DNA from: Veleropilina oligotropha
Taxonomy: Eukaryota
DNA length: 64,000 nucleotides
Reading direction: 5' to 3'
Assembly (NCBI GenBank): GCA_048128005.1
Contig: JBEUKZ010000064.1
Location: 434,001-498,000, forward strand
Positions 59,240 to 64,000 of the stretch are shown one piece after another. The translations under genes were made by a program, and so were the position numbers. The stretch's first letter is position 1, and the number at the start of each line of letters is the position of its first letter. Under the pieces are notes generated by a model. It was not told the DNA's origin, did no database searches, and was given only the letters and a program-made list of their open reading frames with translations.

Positions 59240-60550
59240 TCATAACAATAGGCGAGGCATGGATTAACCATGTTGGAGAGCACCTGTCACAAGAGAAGCT
59301 GTTCACGTGGTCAGGCTTTCACCCCAAGTTGCAGGAAGTAAGCCCTGTTAAATCGCGTGCAGAGGTTGACATCTTGTCCCATATTCCCTGACAAATCTAC
59401 TGATCCTGGCATAATTAAATAATAATAATATAAATAAATATGCCATGCTCGTGGTAAAACATCCACAGCATTACTCAACCCAACCCAGACTCCAGTCCTT
59501 GGTGCTGATCAGCCATTGTACGCAAACAAATACAGAGGCAGTTTCCCACGGTCATCGGCTTATAGGTGTACGTCTTAATGATGGGTGCCCATCGACTTTA
59601 CATAGAAGACAAGGCACAACTTGTGCTTGGGAAGTTCATCCACGGTTCAGTATTGGAGTGGGCTATGACTACCTCGGAGATGTTCACAGCGGGTAGCGCT
59701 GTATCAACTCTAGATGACCATCACATTAAACCCATACGTTATGCTCACCAGGTCTCGCTTGTATCTCTGTCACTGCTCAAGCATGAAGCGCACATGTATC
59801 TATTGTGAAGCGTGGTCAGCATGAAGTTTGGTGAAGATGCACACATGTTCAAGTACTGGTCTCGGATAATCGAATTGGAGGTAAACATAAGTCGATTTGT
59901 GCGCTCATTGTGGAGGGAGGGGGTTCGATGCCCAAGTTCTTGATGAACTCTGCCCCTGGTTCTTTGCATTCGGTCATACCAATTATACTCGGTGTGCCAA
60001 TCCACGCGAAGGATGTGGTAGATCTGCCTGCCAGACACTATCTAGTGTGTACGAGGAGTTGAAGAAGGGAAATGTCGCCGTCTGGCGCTCATGATTTGCA
60101 TAAGTTATAGCTAATCGCCAAAAATCAGTCCCACGAAAAAAGCAATAAAATGATACAGGCAGGTGGTGGTGGCCTAAACGACATGTATGATGGTGCCAAT
60201 AGTGATTCAAATTAATGGTGCGGCTCAACTCATGAAGCGACGTTCAACTATTATGTTCCCCATGCATATTGTCTTTTTATTGAAGAGCCAGCTGACTCCA
60301 TCTGTTGATCGTATCGATGCTGTGTGGGACATATAGCCAGAGAAAAGGTGGACTATGTAAGCTGAACTGCGGCGAGGTGCTTTTCCGTGAACATGGATTG
60401 GTCAAGATAGCATCAAACCTTGAGACTGACAGAAATGTCTAACTGACACTGAGAACAAGAAACTTCACGTTCTGCTGTCAGGAAAATTCAGAAATCACCC
60501 TGGATGGCATTCTCCTTCTGACAACTAATTATGAAACTGTTTTGTTGCAG
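59240..60550 (+). mobile_element. Academ-like transposase remnant
   Basis: PVLGADQPLYA, LMMGAHRLYIE...GS and PWFFAFGHTNY motifs in broken frames. Confidence 0.55.
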
Positions 60551-60849
60551 AAGCATTCAGAGTTGATATAATGATCTAAACATTGTTATTAATAAAAATA
60601 GCACATTTATACTCAACCGTCACAATGCGCTTGACATTGTTACCTCTAGGTATGGGCCTGTTTCTCTTGAGATTACATCTCAACTCCCTCAGGGATCATT
60701 ACTGTCAATACAAGCGGGTAGCGCTGTGACTTTTATAACTGCATGCCAAACACGTATTCATTCAGGTCGGCTGGGTGGACCGAGGCAAATATATATGTGC
60801 TTATTTCATTGCCTAAGTGAAATCGCCGAGACCTGTCACCAAGCCACGT

Positions 60850-63540
60850 TATCATAAACCCAGCTTATATCGCGTTTGTATACCATTTTCAACCTTGAAA
60901 TGGTGATTTGATTTTAACCAGGAATCGCCAAAATAATGTTATAAGCGGCTGCCTCATCCTTGAAAACCCCAAAATGGAGGTATTATTTACTAATCTATGT
61001 TGATTAAATCACCGAGACCAGAAGGCTAATGCGAGATTCTGCCACCAGAGTCCTGCCACATGTTATATATTAAACCCAGCTTATCTAGCGTTTGTATACC
61101 ATTTTCAACCTTGACTTTAACCAGGTATCGCTAAAATCGACTGCTTCATCCCTGAAAACGCCAAAACGAAGGTATTATTTATTAATCTGTGTTGTTTATA
61201 TTAAATGTTATGATATTCTGTCTTTTGGGTGGCGGTCGCTCCGGCAGTCGTAGTTTCAGGTGCAGACTCCGAAAATCACTGGCTGGATTCCGCGGACACG
61301 AACAGTAGTGGGTGTGCATCTCGATTGGGACATGACATTATTTTACAAATATAAATCAGGCCGCTTCGACAGTTGTGTGGTATCGGTTGTTGACTCCGAA
61401 AAATCACCGTCTTTATTCCGCTGACGCGAACAGTAGTGTGTTCAAACCTCGGCTGGATCAGCACACATTTGTTCATGTTATGAATAACAGTTGTCCGTAA
61501 CTGGTCGGAGAGGGTGGGTTTCCCCAGGCGACCGGGCTTTCCTCCCGCGATAATACGGACATGTCCTGCTTTGAACCAAGTGATGGTTGGAAATATACAG
61601 TACTTACATTAAGCATCGATCCGTTCCTTTCCTTTCTTTCGAGGGGCACGTTTATATTCAATTTTTGACCTTGAAACGGTGATCAGACCTTGATCTTAAC
61701 CTGGAATCGAGACATAATCGACTTGAAAACCCTAAAATAGGGGTATTATTTATTAATCTATGATGTTTACATTTAAAAGTTATGGAATTCCGTTATTCAG
61801 GTGGCGGCCATATTGGGCGTTTTTATTCACTTTTCGACCTTGAAATGGTGATTTCGCCTTGAATTTATCCTGATATCGCCAAATTAGTGTCATAATCGAC
61901 TTCCTCACACGTGAAAACCCCAAAATATAGATATTATTTTTTAATCTTTGAAGCTTAGAATAAAAGTTATGTTCACGAATGCGGTCTATGATGTTTGGCA
62001 AGTCCATATTGCGCGTTTATATACCATTTTAGACCTTGAAATGGTGGTTTGACCTTGCCGCTAACCCGGATTCACGAAAATCTACTTCCCCATTCTTCAA
62101 CGGGTGCGTCTTTTTACTCAAATATACTCAAATACACTCAAATAATCGTATATCCAATCAAATAAAGTGATATACGCGTAGTTAAATGACGTAAGAATAT
62201 CAAGTTAACCCCCTACATTAATAACGTTTAACATTTGTACTAGAACTTTCGAAATAATAAAATATTTGACAACAGAGCCAACGCAACAAGGGGATAGAAG
62301 AGCGACATAGTCTCAATCGCATAAATGGATGAAGACGATGATGATAATTATATAATTCTACAACTAACTTTGCATTTAATAAATACTAGGATATTATGGA
62401 GTGCAAATGCGCTTCTAACACAATCATGCCATCAGTATTTCTAGTCAGAAAAGGATGCGGAAACAGGGGTAACGAATTAGCAAAACCGGTAAAAATGATG
62501 ATAACCAGTCTTGCTAAATCACCGATTTTAATAATTATTTAGCATTTCTGGATGCCCGATATTATATCCAACGTGACTATGGGTTAATTGCTAACATATG
62601 TCGTGCATTTTACATGTCTAGAATGGACAGGAGAATTAGATAATTCTCGTGTGTGATTTCGATAAACGGTGTCCCAATTTTATAATCCCCACGTTGTCTT
62701 CGCTCGTTGCGTTACCTGTATTTTAAGTATGTGGGCTACGATGAACATTTTTTCATTTTAGGGATAATATTTAATACATATACATCTCCTATGTACATAT
62801 ATATTACCTTATTTTAATAAATTTACGTAAATTTGATTATATTTGAGTTATTTGAGTATATTTGAGTGTATTTGAGTAAAAAGACGCACCGTTCTTCAAC
62901 ACCCTAAAATGGAGATTTAAATTATTAATCTATGATGTTTAGATTAAAAATAATGATAATCCGTTTTTCGGGTGGCGTCCATATTGCGCGTTTATATACC
63001 ATTTTCGACCTTGAAATGGTGATTTGACCTTGACCTTAGCTTGATATTGTCAAAATGATGTCATAATTAATCGACTTCCTCAAAATCCTAAAATGGAGGC
63101 ATTATTTATTAATCTATGATGTTTAGATTAAAAGTTATGGTATTCCGTTTGTTTGCTGGTGTTCATATTGCGTGTTGTTACATTATTGGCGACTTTGAAA
63201 TGGCGATTGGACCTTGACCTTGACCATGACCTCTAAAGTAGAGGTATTTGAAATGGTGATTTGACGTTGACCTTAACCTGAAATCGCGATAATGATATCA
63301 TAATTGACTTCTTCATCCTTGAAAACCCTCAAATGGTGATATTATTTATTAATCTATGATGCTTAGATTTAAAGTTATGATATTCTGTATTTCGTGTGGC
63401 GGCCATATTGAACGTTTATATTCAATTTTTGACCTTGAAATGGTGATTTGACCTTGACCTTATCCTGAAATCACGAAAGCAATGTCATAATCGACTTCCT
63501 CATCCTTATAAACCCTAAAATGGAAGTATTATTTATTAAT
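60850..63540 (-). repeat. Tandem repeat family of the E1 target site, inverted, with SINE (~61235-61620) and MITE insertions
   Basis: Repeated GACCTTGAAATGGTGATTTGACCTTGACC...ATTATTTATTAATCTATGATG. Confidence 0.8.
62102..62891. mobile_element. MITE with 9-bp TSD (MULE-like)
   Basis: TIR GGTGCGTCTTTTTACTCAAATA(T/C)ACTCAAATA...; TSD TTCTTCAAC (62093-62101 / 62892-62900). Confidence 0.8.
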
Positions 63541-64000
63541 CCATAGCCCCATTTACACGTCCAAAGTAAAATCAAAATTAATCCAGATAACAGTTATCCA
63601 GATAACAGATAAAAAACATTGTACCCGTTTACACGGGCTTACTCTATCCGGATAATTTGCACACGGCCCGTATATTGCAAGTTATCCGGATAGAATATAG
63701 CGCATGCATAATTCAATAGCAGCAACTCATAATGGCAGTCAATCAGGAAGGAGGTTATTTTTATTTTATCAATTTTTACACCATCGACCAATCTTCGCTA
63801 AGGTTACACGCATGCGCGTCCTTAATTAGATACCGGATTGATCGACGAACCGTTAACACGGGCAAATTCAATCCGGATAACGCAAAATACCGGATTCAAA
63901 TCTACCTCGGTAGGTGGATTCAAATCCAGAAAAATTAATCCGGATATTATGTACATGAACCGTTTACACGGCAAACAGTTATCCGGATGTATCTTGATAA

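Noticed and set aside
63545..64000. Harbinger-like MITE start (GCCCCATTTACAC, repeated TTTACACGG/ATCCGGAT)
   Set aside because: The second end is not within the window, so TIR and TSD cannot be verified.

Overview
Eukaryotic genomic DNA, AT-rich and repeat-dense, most likely from an invertebrate. It holds one host gene, an intact 4-exon beta-tubulin (2126-5736, minus). The centre carries two full-length, GC-rich, ~15.7-kb endogenous Polinton/Maverick-like virus elements in opposite orientation: E1 at 17373-33145 and E2 at 37280-52979. Each has terminal inverted repeats (TIRs) and a 5-6-bp target-site duplication (TSD), and each sits in a host tandem repeat. Both encode a retroviral-type (rve) integrase, an A32/FtsK-like packaging ATPase, putative major and minor capsid proteins, several membrane proteins and a secreted Cys-rich protein. 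In place of a canonical protein-primed PolB and adenain protease, they encode one large fusion: OTU-like Cys/His domain, divergent PolB palm, SF1B (RecD/Pif1-like) helicase and HNH-like C-terminus. Structural genes are near-identical between E1 and E2, whereas the replicase+integrase cassette and the TIRs differ strongly (module exchange). One terminal block is circularly permuted. E1 is decayed (nonsense codons and frameshifts); E2 shows only a few slippage-type indels. E2 lies inside a 20.8-kb TIR-bounded (P-like) insertion that splits an L2-like LINE. The rest is LINE, SINE, MITE and Academ-like debris. A library adapter remnant lies at 6541-6561. All protein family assignments come from motif recognition by eye; no database searches were run.
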